Source: Lingula anatina
Taxonomy: Eukaryota; Animalia; Brachiopoda
DNA: 64,000 bases
Direction of reading: 5' to 3'
Assembly: GCA_051362555.1 (NCBI GenBank)
Contig: CM120645.1
Coordinates: 13,950,001 to 14,014,000 of the forward strand
Shown here: one piece after another, positions 14,896 through 29,054 of the stretch
How positions within the stretch are numbered: position 1 is the stretch's first letter
Layout of the letters: the number at the start of each line of letters is the position of its first letter
Program-made: the position numbers and the translations under genes
The notes under the pieces: generated by a model
Told to the model about the DNA's origin: nothing
Database searches by the model: none
Seen by the model: the letters and a program-made list of their open reading frames with translations, nothing else

Positions 14896-16050
14896 ATGGA
14901 GATTTGCGTAGCGGTAAAACAAGGGAACATAAACTTTTCCAGTGGATATACAAACCTCTCCAGTGATTGGTACCTGGACTCTGACCTCAAAACAACCTTC
15001 ATTGTGAGAGCACAGCTTAATATTTCTACAGATGATGTTGTTGAAGACGATGGTGATCATTATCACCCGAAATATTTTTACATTCCGATTTTATTCTACG
15101 TTATAGGAATTATAGAAAACGCCGTCTCATTCGTGGTAATGAGAAACATGAAAAACAGCGGCGATGCCTTATATCAAATTATGGCAAATCTTTGTGTCTC
15201 AGATGCGCTTGTTCTACTGACTACTGTGATTTATTATGCTTTGAATATAAGTAACAGCCCCCTTCCTAATTCAACCATATGTGCGCTGATCTTTGTAAAG
15301 TGCGTGCTGACAAGTGGTGTATTTGCCGAAGCTTTTACGACACTGTCCCTGGTGGCTTTTACGACACTGAAACTCTCAAAACCTTTGCACACGATGAATT
15401 TGCTGAAGGGGACAAAACAGTGGGTGCTGTTCTTAATGATATGGCTGCTATCCTTTTCTCTCGGATTTAGCGTACTTTTCAAAGTTATGGCCGACAGCAC
15501 AGAACTTTCCTACTCTTGTGTGTGCATCACGTACGCTTTTGGCGTTCAATATGACCATATGGAGAGTCTGCTGTCGTCTGCTTTACTTGGTATGAGCATT
15601 ATCATCGTCTCATTATGTTATGGAATAAACTTCCAAATTGCAAGGAACGCCAGAAAGAATATTATGAAGGCAAGTCACGTGATATCAAGACATGAAAATA
15701 CAAGGAATGGCAGAAATTTGCGAGACGAGATGGAGAAAGTCTGCCTTGAGCCGAATCACAGTGGCGGTGAACACAATATTAGGCGCTCTACAATTGACAG
15801 CAACTATAAGTTTGCCGTCACTGCGACCCTTTTATATGCGGTACTCATCATATTCTGGCTGCCATATGTTATAGTAAATTTAGTTTGCCTTAAATCTGCA
15901 ATGCCGGACTGTCCTTGGTATTCCTACATTGTCACGACCATCTTTGTTTTGAACGCCATTTTGGACCCGGTGATTTACGGGATCAGACTTAGAAGTGTGC
16001 GTAAAGGGTACGTCGATTTGTTTAAAAGAATACGAAGAACCCTATGGTGA
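14896..16050 (+). CDS. Class A (rhodopsin-like) 7TM GPCR, orphan
   Basis: 384-aa ORF with seven hydrophobic segments; TM1 GIIEN, TM2 NLCVSD, TM6 FWLPY, TM7 NAILDPVIY; polypyrimidine/AG acceptor just upstream (~14813). Confidence 0.92.
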   Translation: MEICVAVKQGNINFSSGYTNLSSDWYLDSDLKTTFIVRAQLNISTDDVVEDDGDHYHPKYFYIPILFYVIGIIENAVSFVVMRNMKNSGDALYQIMANLCVSDALVLLTTVIYYALNISNSPLPNSTICALIFVKCVLTSGVFAEAFTTLSLVAFTTLKLSKPLHTMNLLKGTKQWVLFLMIWLLSFSLGFSVLFKVMADSTELSYSCVCITYAFGVQYDHMESLLSSALLGMSIIIVSLCYGINFQIARNARKNIMKASHVISRHENTRNGRNLRDEMEKVCLEPNHSGGEHNIRRSTIDSNYKFAVTATLLYAVLIIFWLPYVIVNLVCLKSAMPDCPWYSYIVTTIFVLNAILDPVIYGIRLRSVRKGYVDLFKRIRRTLW

Positions 16051-18029
16051 CTTTATTCTTGCAGAAAGGGGCTTTGGATGGGTTTCTCTCTCTAATAAGG
16101 CAATTAACATCGGTACAATGTAGCAATAGAGAGCATGTTTGGTTCATTTCTTTCTTTATTGTTAGAAAATTTCCCTTGTAGCGACATTTGGGCCAAATGC
16201 AGAACGAGGAGTGTGTTTCTAGCCTGGGGCCGGCCCATCCCCTATCCAACGTGCATTAATACGTTGGTTTTGCCAAGGATGAAATGCGAATTACGAAGCA
16301 CGAATTGAAAACTACATGAACGTCATAGCTTTCAGCTCATTATGACCAATTATGATCTAGTTACAAAATTTGTAGGCTTTTTGTACTCCGTACTCGTTTT
16401 TCTCGTTTGCCAACCCTCCCTTATTACATTCACCAAAGGAAGAACGAGGCCGCCATTTTTTCTTATCTTGTTTTGGCAGGACCACGATATTTTTCTAAGA
16501 AAGAACAAAAAACATGATTAAACTTACAGTCAATATGTTCACCGCAAAGGAGATTTTTCTTTGATGTTAAGAACAATATCAACGGAATAACTAAGACCAC
16601 AAACAGCTCTTTCCCCTACATACATTTGGAAGTTTATAGGCACTGCAGACCAGGAAATGAGTAAATCTGTGCGACTCCATCGAGGCTACACTGTAGCTTT
16701 CATAAGTATTTGTACTATCATCCTCTATGACATTGCCATTTGAAATGAATCCACATGGAAACGGTCAATCAGACAAGGCTGGAATGATACAGTTACAAAA
16801 CCCAATTTAAGGCCTAATTGATGAAGTAAATTAATGTTTGATCTTGCCGCGGACTGTAAATAGTACTTATGGTATTGGGGCCGAGTCTAAGTGTATGGGC
16901 CACTGTCGACTTAGTCTTGGGAGCCTACAAAATACGGATCGATGTCTTCACGAATAAATTTTGACAACAAAGAGCCTAGTTTAATAGGAAAGACTACACG
17001 ACAAGATATGAGTGAGGGCGAACACAAGACAACATGAGTTTTTGGCGTGATATAGACGCTTCCGTAATACAGTGCGTCAGGAAATCTATCGATTAGAAAG
17101 AGGGTAATTCGTCTTACTTAAGTCGGCTAAGAAGTCTGTGTTAGGAGCAGAATGACAATAAAAGCTCAGTGGGATACATTTTGCCTGTGTTCTTTCATTT
17201 CATACTATTTGAAGTAGATCTGTGCACATGTTTTAACAAGCTTTAAAAAGCATCAGCAATGATGTGGATGGAAACAAGTTTATTTTATCAATTACGGCGG
17301 TTGGCCTGTTGCTTGCTAGCTTTGAATACCAAAATACCTCAATTGTTTTCCAGAGCCGCATGGGTAAAACATATAATTTATAATATGTTTTGCAATGTAC
17401 ATATATATATATATATACAACGTTTTAACACTCGTTTCTATCATATTTTTCTGTATCACACAGGAGAAGAATTGTTCAAACTCGCGTTACTATTTAAAAA
17501 AAACAATAATTGATGAAAATCCTTATATTTATACATATGTATATCACAAAGGAAAAATTCAAAATGCTCGTATTTGTATAATAATGACAACATTTAAGAA
17601 ATAAGGATCTTGCTAAGTGAAATTATTACAATGATTGATAAATCATCTGTCCCGCGTACGTTGTTTATATGCCATTTTTCAATATTCTAGACTTTAAAAC
17701 AGAAATTTGCACTTTTCAGTGTCTTGCCCCATGTATTTCCCTCATGTAACAAAAATAAAGTTGATTACGTATTAGTCAGTCAGCAATGCACGGAGTACGC
17801 TACAATCACGTGTTCTTGATCGATATATTCCTGTGACGAGCCATAAAGTTGCCACAGTATGTGGTCCCTGACCTATTGGCTGTGACGATGCCAGAAGTTC
17901 GGTCCACAGCTGTGTCTTACAAAAAATATTCTAAGATAATTTAAAGGGATAACAACTTTTCTTATGAGATTCACATTCCACCATAAATACATTGTACACA
18001 ACTCATAGAAATATTATAAATTCCGTTTT

Positions 18030-18275
18030 ACCACCAAATCAGTGGTTATTGCAATATTTCTGGAATCTGTGCTTGCCATTGGACCATGTGGAGTTTCACA
18101 GACGACTTTATCTCCGTGATAATCTCGATGAACTTTTTTAGAAAAAGAAAAAAATGCACTAGCTTTGAATGTCGCAGTGGATTAATTCATTAACCAATGG
18201 TAAGTATGGGAAAACCGTCGTTTACCCTTGGAAAATTCAGTTTTTGGCCAAAACGAACAGTTGTCATCCCTTTAC
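18030..18275. repeat. Interspersed repeat, diverged copy of 410-670
   Basis: See the 410-670 entry. Confidence 0.7.
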
Positions 18276-18389
18276 GATAATCTTTGCCATCCCTCAAAGA
18301 CTCGATCAAAGTATAGAGGTTGAGACAGGTGGGAAGTAATATGTGGCTTTACAGAACTGACAATTGAACACGGCCAGGAAATAAATATA

Positions 18390-19020
18390 CCGTATCTGGT
18401 GCCATAAATTTCCAGCTCCCCACAGACGTGAAAAATCCAAAGCAATTAGCAGGCACTTGTTTTGAGGATTCGAGTTCATCAACCGATATGTTTACTTTAA
18501 TGGCTTATGGTTATATTGCTTCGGCTGTTTTTATCATCATTGTTGAAAGATACCCGCTGTACGGTTTATGCACGGAAAACTGATGTCTGAGTCCGATTAA
18601 CCTTTAAATCATTTGGAAGATGTCGATGAGGTCAAATTTGTTTTTCAATTTCTTGTTTCACGGGGCCGACCCACAAGTTTCATGTATAGGTATAAACAGA
18701 GTCAAAACTACAATTATTTACTTATTTCCTTTAATTAACAGGAACTGTTTCCAGACCAATACGTCGTGTTTTGATCTGTCAAACCTTTATGCAATCCGAT
18801 GAGCAAGTGTATTTAGCCGCTCTCAGCTGCTTTATTAATTTATAAATGGGTAGGATCGAGTCATATTTAGATTCATCATTCAATACATTAGTATGTGCGT
18901 TAAAACGAAAAACGATTTGAGTAAATAGTAAATAGATTCATTATCTCAGTATTATAGTTACCATAGGAACAGACCCGTTCACGTGGCCAAGATGAACTGA
19001 CAATCATCGAAATTAACTAA
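18390..19020. repeat. Duplicated block; second copy at 23350-23732 + 26004-26300
   Basis: Near-identical strings (CAGACGTGAAAAATCCAAAGCAATTAGCAGGCACTTG; GTGTTTTGATCTGTCAAACCTTTATGCAATCCGATGAG). The second copy is split by a ~2.3 kb insertion. Confidence 0.9.
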
Positions 19021-19259
19021 TGATTGCTTTAAACTTATACTTTGAAGCTTTGAAAATGAACTGTGACTAAGAAAAACTATCTGTAATTAATAATTGCTGG
19101 ATGTTCCAACTAAAATGCACAGAAAATCGTCGCTATGATATTGCTGAAAACTGTTTCGAATCTGAATAAACATGATAAGATAATTTAAATCTTTTAGAAA
19201 TAATGCACCAGTGGTTGCACAGTTACAGCAAAGTGTGGGTACGGAAAAGTTTGTTTTAA

Positions 19260-22045
19260 CTACAGGTCCTCAGATCTCTTTATCTTCATCACAGCCCAAC
19301 GCAACAATTTCTCGGCGGACCCGCGAACTCCAAAGGGAAGCCCCGCATGTCTGGCCGCTTTCCAGCAGGTCGGGGCACATTCCGTTGCCAGGTATGAAGT
19401 GAATGAAATTTCGCTGCACTTATTAAACCACCAACCACCCCCGTTCGTAGCAGCACAGCTAAATGTCAATTTGTTGTCATTTTTCTGGTCATGTGTTGAG
19501 AATTTCATGTTGACGTTCTTATTCCAGGGGTCAACTGTACTGTTTGAAGATAAGTTTCCAACACCATTTAATTTCAGCTTTAAAGTGTATTTCTCGTCTT
19601 CCGTTCCAACGCGGAAGTTTGCATGAATATCCCAGAAATAAGAGTCAGTCAAAGTGTCTCTTACCGCTGTCATTAAGGAGTAGTTTTCCTGGTTGGTGAG
19701 ATGATGAAACGCTTCCAATCCCAGCCAGTGGTCGCCAGCAACGTCACCGAACCCATCACGGTATTCGACCCACGACCTTCGTGAAAAACGATTCAGTCAG
19801 TAATTGTGTATTCCAAATACTATACCCCTCTCTCGAAATTCATCCAGGATCTTTTCACTTTGTCTTTGTTTTATGTAGTTATAAGCTGAGACTATTTCAC
19901 ATTAAAAGACAAAGAAGAAAGGACATAAAAATACACTTCACTTTGATCGTCTACTGCTAATAAAACCGGGTTAAAGGTTTTGGTTATTCCGTCTTACTGT
20001 TGAGCAATTTGTTCTTTGTTTACAACATACCTGTTAAAGTTTAACTCGGGCCCTGTTCTGCGCATTAGAACCGTCCACCCCTCCTCACAGGAAACACGAA
20101 GTTGTCTGCTCATGGAACTGATATAAATGTTGTGTACGCCATCTATTCCAACTGAAAATATATTCAGGGAATTTTGATATTTTGGATTATTATTATTATT
20201 ATTTTGTCACAAATGGGCAAGAAGTGTAAGCAATTTATTACCCCTAAGTCATGCCTGATAAACAAGGATTAATTTCATGGGAGGGAATAAATCAAAAGAG
20301 ACGATTAGAAATACATTCTAAACATTTATTTCAACATAGCTATGATTAACGTTTAACAAATGGTCCTGCAGAGCATACTCATAAATATGTCTGGATGTGT
20401 GTGAATGAATGCACGACATGAGTTATTGTCTTGTCATGACAAATTATCGTTACCAGCATATCAAAACAGAGCAACAACAAAATGCATTTGGTTAAGATAC
20501 ATTTCTTGTTTAATTTCCATCGAACGAACATTTTGACAGCTGACATAATATATACGGAAATGGCAGAATTTTGATGATGGGTTTTCAGGTATTTGGTTGC
20601 AAAATATAGTTGCAAAACAATGGAAAATAAAGCATCAATTAGATCAAAATATAAAGTAAATAACATCATTTTTGGCATCTTTGAGCGAGTACATGAAAAT
20701 ATATTTTCCTTGCTAAAATGAAAAATGTGAAAATCGCAAAAAATATGTAAACGACTTTTAAGTCCTTTTCTAAGAGGATAATATTAAATGTATAAGCAGT
20801 GGTGAGAGATTTACACATTTTTTATACATCACTTATTAACAAAACTTACTGTAATCAGCGCAGTCACGTGCAACCTGAAAAGAAACATGAACATTATGAA
20901 GACAGACAATTGTTTGTGGTTTCTTTCTTTCTTTTTTTTCATTCCCATACTTATGAAAACTCGTAGTGGGCATATGGACACATAAGTCGAGGACTACAAT
21001 TATTGAAACCCGCGTTGTGAAAAAAGTGATAATGTATTGTTTATAACCAGGGGCGAATCCAGGATTATTTAAAGGGAGGGGATCTGCGGATGTTCGGTTA
21101 GGATACATTTTCATTTACATTTTCATACTTTCAAATTATACATTTTTCAGTTGTAATAAAAATGTAGTTAATTAAATTCAATATTTTAAGAGGATTATCA
21201 GATATAATTTCTGTATAACATTTTATCACACACGAACATTCAACCAAAATGGCTAAAACGGCAAATAAAATGCGCACTGAAGTGGATTAACCCCCAGACG
21301 TATGGTACGATTTTAGGGTTCGTCTTTTCGTAAAGTGTAATGTAACATAAAGCATAAATCGGTACAAAATCACTGTTTGAAAAATCGCTGCTCTAAAACG
21401 CAACTTTTAGCCTTCGCTACAAGCGCTCAAATGTTCACAAACCACGAAAGTCAGTTATAAAAGTTTTTGATATGAGCACTGTGTTTTAGCGCCATGCAAA
21501 CTGGCTGCGTTCACAGGTATATCGAGAGAGTCATATCACGCCGTTGGCTGTGATTGGATCGTATTTTAATATTAAAATAAATCAGTTAGCCCCCGCCCAT
21601 TAATGATCCGAAGTAATATCTGTCACGTAACAGTCAACCCAAGCATGCTTTATAATAAGGAATTTACTTTAGAAAAAGACAAAAACCACACACTAGTATA
21701 TACAGTAATTACCTTCATGTAGTGCTGACTTGCATTATTATCAAGAAGGTTCAACTTGGCTGGGGTGAAATCTGCGGCTGAATTCAGTTCACACATGGCG
21801 TTGTCAGATCTTATGTTGAAAGACACACACTGTGTGTTTTTCTGGCATTTCATAGCACATTGTATTTTACTTATTCCATTCCGTTGCTCTTTTGTCTTGA
21901 AAGCCTTATTTGGTAAATGTTTTCCTGGTATTTTGTGGAAATAATCAACGACGGTGGCACCTTTTGTTGCCTGTAAATCACGCCAAGCAATAACCATAAT
22001 ACAAATTAATAAACAAATCAAGCGTCTCACACGCGATACTGCCAT
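19260..22045 (-). CDS. Secreted PAN/Apple + fibrinogen-related domain (FReD) protein, copy 1, 4 exons (~331 aa)
   Basis: Exons 22045-21713 (hydrophobic leader; CAMKC..C.SFN..CEL PAN motif), 20874-20850 (VARDCADY), 20151-20031 (GWTVLMRR..ELNFNR), 19776-19260 (SWVEYRDGFG..HWLGLE, FSTHDQKND, GGGWWFNKC). GT-AG introns join in frame. Confidence 0.9.
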
Positions 22046-22683
22046 GACGAGGCACACCCGAAAAATGACAAACCATCGAAATACATCTTAAAATATACAA
22101 GTCTTACTTTATTAATTATTTATTAGAAAGAGTTAAAATTCATTATGATTGATAATTTTATGTGAGTTGCACATTTGTCATTGTTCAATTAAGTAAATTG
22201 ATTGAGTATTACTTGGATGGTAAACATTTGTCCCTTTTCAATTATGTAAATTGTTTGAGTATTACATGGATGGGATATAGCTGTAAAAGGATGACTCGAG
22301 TACGCTGAAAATATGGTTGACGATATATGTCAATTTAAAATGACATGGCAAATTGACCAAATAAGCATGGAAAATTAAGTTTTTCCCACACTTGAAATCA
22401 CTGACAAAATGAAATATTAATTTGTATTACTCAGCACATTAGATGATTAAATAACAACTATTTTGAGTGATTTATATATTATGTTAAATTTAAAGCTAGC
22501 ACACACAATCACAGTCTTGAATGATCGACTAACAATTAAGGCAGAGAGTTGCCATAGGACAGATCGAACCTAATACAAAAACTTTATTGTATCTCTGTTT
22601 TTTTTTTTTTTCAAAAAAGTTTTCTTTATTTTTCCAGTTAAATGGACTAATTACAAGTGCAGTTAGATTAATTAATTTACTTA

Positions 22684-22830
22684 CCTTATTTGGTAAGTAT
22701 TTTCTTGGTATTTTGTGGGATAAAAATCAGATATTGTCTTAACATATTTCGCTACTGAGTCACGCAGAAACAGAAGACCATAATGAAAATAACTAAACAT
22801 AACACACTTATTTCTGTCATAGTAAGACAC
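22684..22830 (-). pseudogene. Degenerate paralog of the PAN-FReD first exon
   Basis: Minus strand gives hydrophobic MTEISVLCLVIFIMVFCF, then a stop/frameshift, then HKIPRKYLPNK (compare HKIPGKHLPNK in copy 1). Confidence 0.65.
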
Positions 22831-24269
22831 ACTGGACGAATTCGGAAAACGGCAAAACATCGTAAAACGTCCCAATACATACAAGTATCATATTATCAGT
22901 AAATTACTGGAATGGGGTGAGAACTGATTACAATTGATAATTTCAAGCAAAAGCAACACTGCAGCAACGACCCCACTTACAACGACACCAGTTGTGTTCC
23001 ACTTTTTTGTCCTTGAGAATGCCTTGTTTATGTTCGGTCTCCATGTCGCCAGCAGCGTCACCGTATATCCATCCGAGACCAACATTACAGAAGGCAATTG
23101 TTATTTTCGCTTTATAAATATATCACTTCACATCTCGTGCTACTGGTAGAGTATGGGTAGAGTATGAATTTATGTGCTATGACGCCTTCCACTCTGGATT
23201 TTGTTCCCTATGATGAAGTTTGCATGTATATCCCCCCCCCCCCTCAAAAGAAAAGAGTCATTCCACGCGTCTCTGATCCCAGCCATTAAGGGGAAGTTTT
23301 ACTGTTCTTAAAACTGATTACATCTCTCAATAGATATACTAACTGCCTGAGTATTTGGTGTCATAAATTTAAAGCTCCCCACAGACGTGAAAAATCCAAA
23401 GCAATTAGCAGGCACTTGTTTTCAGGATTGGAGTTTATCAACCAATATGTTTACTCTAATAGCTTATTGCTTCGGCTGTTTTTATCATTATTATTGAAAG
23501 ATACCCGATGTACGCTTTATGCTTGGAGAGCTTTACATATAATACAGCAAGGTCTGAGTCACATTATCCTTTAAATCATTCGGAAGATGTCGATGAGGTC
23601 AAATTTGTTTTTCAATTTCTTGTTTCACTGGGCCGACCCACAATTTTCATGTATATGTATAAACAGAGCCAAAACTACAATTATTTACTTATTTCCTTCA
23701 CTTAACAGGAACTGTTTACAGACCTATACGTCATGGCGTTCATGATCCCAAAAGCCCCTCATCACCGGTGTTACGTGAACCTTAAAATTTTAAGACCAAA
23801 ATGTGTATCACTATGGCGTATCCTGGGGGGGGGGGGAGGCATACTGGACACGTGCCTGTCCATGATAGCTCCTGAAGTGTCGCTTAAACTCGTTCACCTC
23901 TCCCCAAAGAGTATTACAAGTAAAACGGGTCAAATCAAAATAATCTATCCATCCCTGTCCAATGCTTTTAAATTGTCTTTGGTTGTTGTTTCATGATTTT
24001 TGAATTTATCATTTATCATCATACTTTGTAATTTTGTCTTTATGGCCATAACAAATGGCTAACATATACATAACAAATGGCTTACATATACACACAGTAT
24101 GTTTGAAGGAAATAACTTTGTTGTTTAGCTTTTTTTTAATAGTGAAATAAATCCGTTTATTATTTACCTAAGTTCCAATATAAGTTAAATTCAAGTGTGA
24201 TTCCCATATCCAATGCATGTTTGATATGTTATACGATAGTGAATGATATTTCAGACAAACACCAACTTA

Positions 24270-25928
24270 CAGGGTTGCTACTTAATATGGAATATTTTTT
24301 ATCATTGTTATTTTTGAGTACTGATTAATTTTTTTTGGCTTGAGTCATTAAAAAAGTATGCCACTGAGTAATAAAAACATCCAGTCTTCTGTTGTGAGAT
24401 ATTTTGGTCAATGATATCAAATCTGACATAAGATGCTATTCAAAAGAAAGGAACACCCCCAGAAAACCACATCAACAGTTTAATGTCAGTATTAACTTTA
24501 AGCTAAGATATTAAAGTAAATGATAGCCTCCGGACAGTGATATGTTACACAGTCAAAGAACTCACTACAGTAAATCATGAAAAGCCAGTAATTGCGGGTA
24601 TGACCTCCAGCAGCCGCTTGCAGCGCCCTCATCCTACATGGCATACCCTGTAACACGTTTTGTAGAGTTTGGATGGGGATATCATTCCACGCAGTGATAT
24701 TTGCCTGTCGCAGTTCATCACTATTTACCGGCCAATGACCATAGCTATTAATTTTGTGAGTTACTTTTGCCCAAAGATTTTCAATTAGGTTCATATCTGG
24801 AGAGTTTGTAGGCCAGGGCAGTTGCTGAACCCATTGGTTTTGAAGAAAAACAGTGATTCTGCAGCCTCGATGTGGGGTTGCGCAGTCGTCTTGGTACACA
24901 AAGTTGTCCTTGAAGATGGCTCTTACCAATCGAAGCATCGTTTGCCGTAGAATGTCTCTGTAGGAATTCTGGCTGAGGTTGCCTCTTACAAAAACCAACT
25001 GGTTCTGGGCACCGACATGAAATTCTCCTCAAACAGAGACGTTACAACCCCCTGCTTGCACCCTAGGTAGTACACAACCATCGTTTTATGTCCCTCGTAC
25101 ACGTCGGTGGAGACGGATTCGACCATCAACCCTAAAAGATCCATATGTGGCCTCATTACTGAAAACGACGTGATTCCAGTGTTTTGGCTGCAAACGCACG
25201 TGGTCCCCAGCCCATTGCAGGCGTCGCTGTATATGACCTGCTGTTAACAGTGGTTTCCCTACTGGCCTTCGTGCAAAATAACCGGCTTGCAGTAATCTCT
25301 TGTTCACGATTGACGTTGAAACGGGCGTTTGAATGACATTCTGCCTCTCTTTTCTGAGGACACTGGTTGCCTTTGTACGACCAGCACGGCGTCCTCTAAG
25401 GAGAAGGCGATCCTGTCTTCTTGGTGTGATACGCGGACACCATGGTCGAGGTATTGGAGTAGGTGCCCCTGTTGCAGCATTTCTTTGGAGGACTTTACAA
25501 ACGGTTCTTGATAAATGTTGAATTACCTGGCAATGGCTGTCCGTTTCTGGACATTTTCTCTGAGAGCAAGAGTCCCATAGTAAGCTGCTTTGCTTAGCTG
25601 TCGAACCATATCTTCAATAAGGTACCTGTCAAGTTTCAGTGCGATCCCTTTGTTGCTTCTCTAAACACACTCCAAAGATTGACCAAACCCATGCGTTTTT
25701 ATACAAGGGCAGAAATTGCCGAAAAGACCACCCCTCACATTTCTGACCACAGAAAATGCAACTGCATGCATCAATTGTTTCGAGAGTTGTATGGTAATTA
25801 GGTAACACACCTGGCTACTCAGGGAGTGACACCTCAGATTTGGATGTAAAGTAGTTAGAGAGAAAATAAATATTTTGTAGAAAATTTACTCGCCAAAAAA
25901 TAATATTCCATATTAAGTGGTAACCCTG
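24270..25928 (-). mobile_element. Tc1/mariner transposon, full length but decayed
   Basis: TIRs CAGGGTTGCTACTTAATATGGAATAT / ATATTCCATATTAAGTGGTAACCCTG with TA on both flanks; transposase pieces WNHVVFSNE, YQDDCATPH, WPTNSPDMNLIENLW broken by frameshifts. Confidence 0.93.
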
Positions 25929-26339
25929 TACATTCAGCATATTTTTGATTTAAATTTAAAAATAAATATCAATTCTATGACAATAAATGCCCTTACCTTC
26001 CAAGTGTTTTGATCTGTCAAACCTTTATGCAATCCGATGAGTAAGTGTATTTAGCCGCTCTCAACCGCTATATTGATTTCATTTTTCTCGTTAAAATTCT
26101 AGTCAGTAACAGGGATTTTATCCTGGTAAATGGGTAGGACCGAGTCATATTTAGTTTCATCATTTAATACATTAGAATCTGTATTAAAATGAAAAATGAT
26201 TTGAGTAAATAGTAAATAGATTCATTAATTCAGTATTATAGTTACCATAGGAACAGACTTGTTCACGTGGCTAAGATAACTGTCAGCCATCGAAATTGAC
26301 TTACTGTACACCATCAGAGGAGTGTGATGGAGCTAGAGT

Positions 26340-27000
26340 CTCAAGTATCTCCTGGTGGTCACGTTGAAATATCGAAAGTCGTTGGATAATCCATCAGTAT
26401 CAATCGGTCAATTAGTAACAAAGCTTTCGGTTTCATTATATTGTCCAACAAAATCAAATTGCCTCCCAGGGTCCCTATTTCTTTCGACACTGCTTTATAG
26501 AAAGTAACATTATTCGTATGCAGGTAATGATGTCGAAACTCGTGTTAATAATTTATTTTTTCCACTTGCCACATTATAATTCAGAATTTGAAGTAAACAT
26601 CATGGCATTTAGTGAACCGAATAATGAGATGAATGTAAGAACGTGTTGGGATGTGGAAAATTACTGATATTCTTTCAAGACTACAGCGTCTCAAATCAGC
26701 AGTGCTCAGCTTTGATCGTCTAATCCAATTCTCATGAAACCATAAGCTCTCTGTTATGTTCGCAAGTGAAGATTTCTTCAAAAGTTACCCAACAAGACGT
26801 CGGGCGACTTGCGACTCTATGAACGATGAGACCCACTGGAAAGAAACCTGTGGCCGGTGCTACTTTCTTCGCTACGATAAATCCTTTTAGCGATTAACAC
26901 TAGTGGCAAGACATTTGAGAGTTCTGTTAACAGTTACATACACTAACAGACACATGTGCACTAGATGAAGAGTGATTAAGACCAAGAGAGGTGGCTTGGG
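26340..27000. repeat. Duplicated block, paralogous to 41045-41620
   Basis: Long near-identical strings, e.g. ATAATCCATCAGTATCAATCGGTCAATTAGTAACAAAG and ATTATAATTCAGAATTTGAAGTAAAC. Confidence 0.9.
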
Positions 27001-27265
27001 AGACGTCATCGAGATCACTTGGTCACCTCTTTGCAACGCATCCGAATACGATTTTCTCCCACGGATTGCGAGGACGGGCAAAATGGTTCTCCAAGTGGAC
27101 GCAAGTGCGGTTCATATACTCGGTAAAACGAGGTTTAGTCATATAGTGCTCTGTGACTCAAACGTTTAAACTTCTGCGTTAACTATTAAAAAAGGTTATA
27201 TGTCACAAATGCATCTTCTAAAAGGTATTTGCACCCTTTATCCCAAAATTACATAGAAAAAAAAA

Positions 27266-27268
27266 TAA

Positions 27269-27307
<39 letters not shown>

Positions 27308-27321
27308 AATAAAATAAATAA
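27266..27321. repeat. (AAAT)n microsatellite
   Basis: Direct reading. Confidence 0.9.
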
Positions 27322-27349
27322 AGAAAACGCATGTATATTTGATGCATTA

Positions 27350-27565
27350 GACTGGGTTCCCATGCCTAGATCGATCCATCTAGATCGGTCTAACTCCCTG
27401 GGGAGTCTCACTAAATTGCTCTCAACCTAAGCGGCTTAAATGTCTGTCACACCTTCCAAATCAGCTAGGGGGTAAAGATAATTAGCCCTTCACAGCTTTA
27501 CTGGGCGTGACAGACATTTAAGCCGGTTAGGTTAATAGCAATTTAGTGAGACTCTCCAGGGAGTA
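27350..27565. mobile_element. Hairpin repeat, same family as 12345-12570
   Basis: ACTCCCTGGGGAGTCTCACTAAATTGCT pairs with AGCAATTTAGTGAGACTCTCCAGGGAGT; GACTGGGTTCCCATGCCTAGATCGAT matches the reverse complement of the 12544-12569 end. Confidence 0.7.
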
Positions 27566-28003
27566 CATTACGTAGACACGCATCTGCGTGCAAAGTAAAT
27601 ACGGTAAAAATAAAAACACATTGGTAGGTCGGGTTTACTCAATTATATATTAATGTACCCACATTCTATGTAGTTGCACGTGAGAAAAATATCATGTCCA
27701 CAAGTGCGGAATGATAAGAAAGTTAGTTTGTGTCCATTCCAGACATTTGATTCAATCTTTGAAGTTAAAATTTTAGACGTTAAACAGTTATTTAACACAA
27801 TAATACATTATTTCATGTCCAACAGTTAAACTGTTAACACACATATGTATGTTATTTTCTTCAGCTATAGATTTTCATAGGTTGTTACTAATACATGAAG
27901 CATGCATATTGGTTCAATTACTTTATTTTCTTTTATAAAATTAAGCTAAGATCTTTTGTCTTATGGCCTTTAGTGCCCCAAGACCAAACACACACGGGAG
28001 CGT

Positions 28004-28004
<1 letters not shown>

Positions 28005-28044
<40 letters not shown>
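28005..28044. repeat. (CA)n microsatellite
   Basis: Direct reading. Confidence 0.95.
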
Positions 28045-28047
<3 letters not shown>

Positions 28048-29054
28048 ACATGCTTAAGAAATTGTATTTTTTGTACCATGGAACTTGTTTTGTCTCTCGA
28101 AAAAATATCTGTTCCCATCGGAAAAGCATCGGTCATATACCTTTGTAAAGGGACAATTATTGTGTTTCTTTATGTGGAAATGCACATGTGCACTTTATCA
28201 TGTACATGTATGTGTCGGTTTTAAGTTGAAAACTAAGATAAGGCCCCCTGTAGTCAAATTTGACTATTTTTCTTTTCATATTATTCACAATTGTATATTT
28301 TATTGAGGCGTTTCTGTATCTTTAACCCTCTAACAGACCATTGCTTTTTTGTTTAGTTTTGGTGAAAATAGCTGTTTTTTTTTTCTTTTTTTTTTTTTTT
28401 TTGGGGGGGGGAGGTTAAATTTTCACGATATAACTTGCATTGGCACTATTTATTCTGTATCTTTGCATTTCCTTGTTTATGATCTGTTTATGTGTCGCCT
28501 ATGTGTCGCCTATATCCAAATAAAATAACTGACCTTACACAAGTATGTGCGACGGTTCTTTGGCCGTCTTTTTCTTTCTTTTGTAACTGTGCAATATTTT
28601 TGTGTATCAAGATGATTGTCATATTATTTATTCTGATATCAGTGCATTTATTTCTCTTTTTATGCCAAGAATGAGTATAATCATAAGCAATTGCAATCGA
28701 TTTTATTGATTTTGAGACAGATGCCTGTTGCTTCAACAGATAAAGCATACAATAAATTATTTTTATTTGCACCGAATGACACTGTCATTAAAGGATTGGG
28801 GTGTTGAAGGCATTCAAATAAATTTTCCAAAAATTTTTTTTTATATTTGTTCTATGAATTTTTCTTTACTCTCATTTGTCAAACGCACACACTTATGCTG
28901 AATTCTTTATAAATCTTTTTTGCATGACGGTATACTGAATGGAGCTTGGCCTGTTTATTGTTTTCTAAACCTGACCCCCACCTCCTCCTTTAGATGAAAT
29001 TCTGACTCGTTCAATGTCTGATACTATATTAGGATTCACATTTTAGAAGCATTA

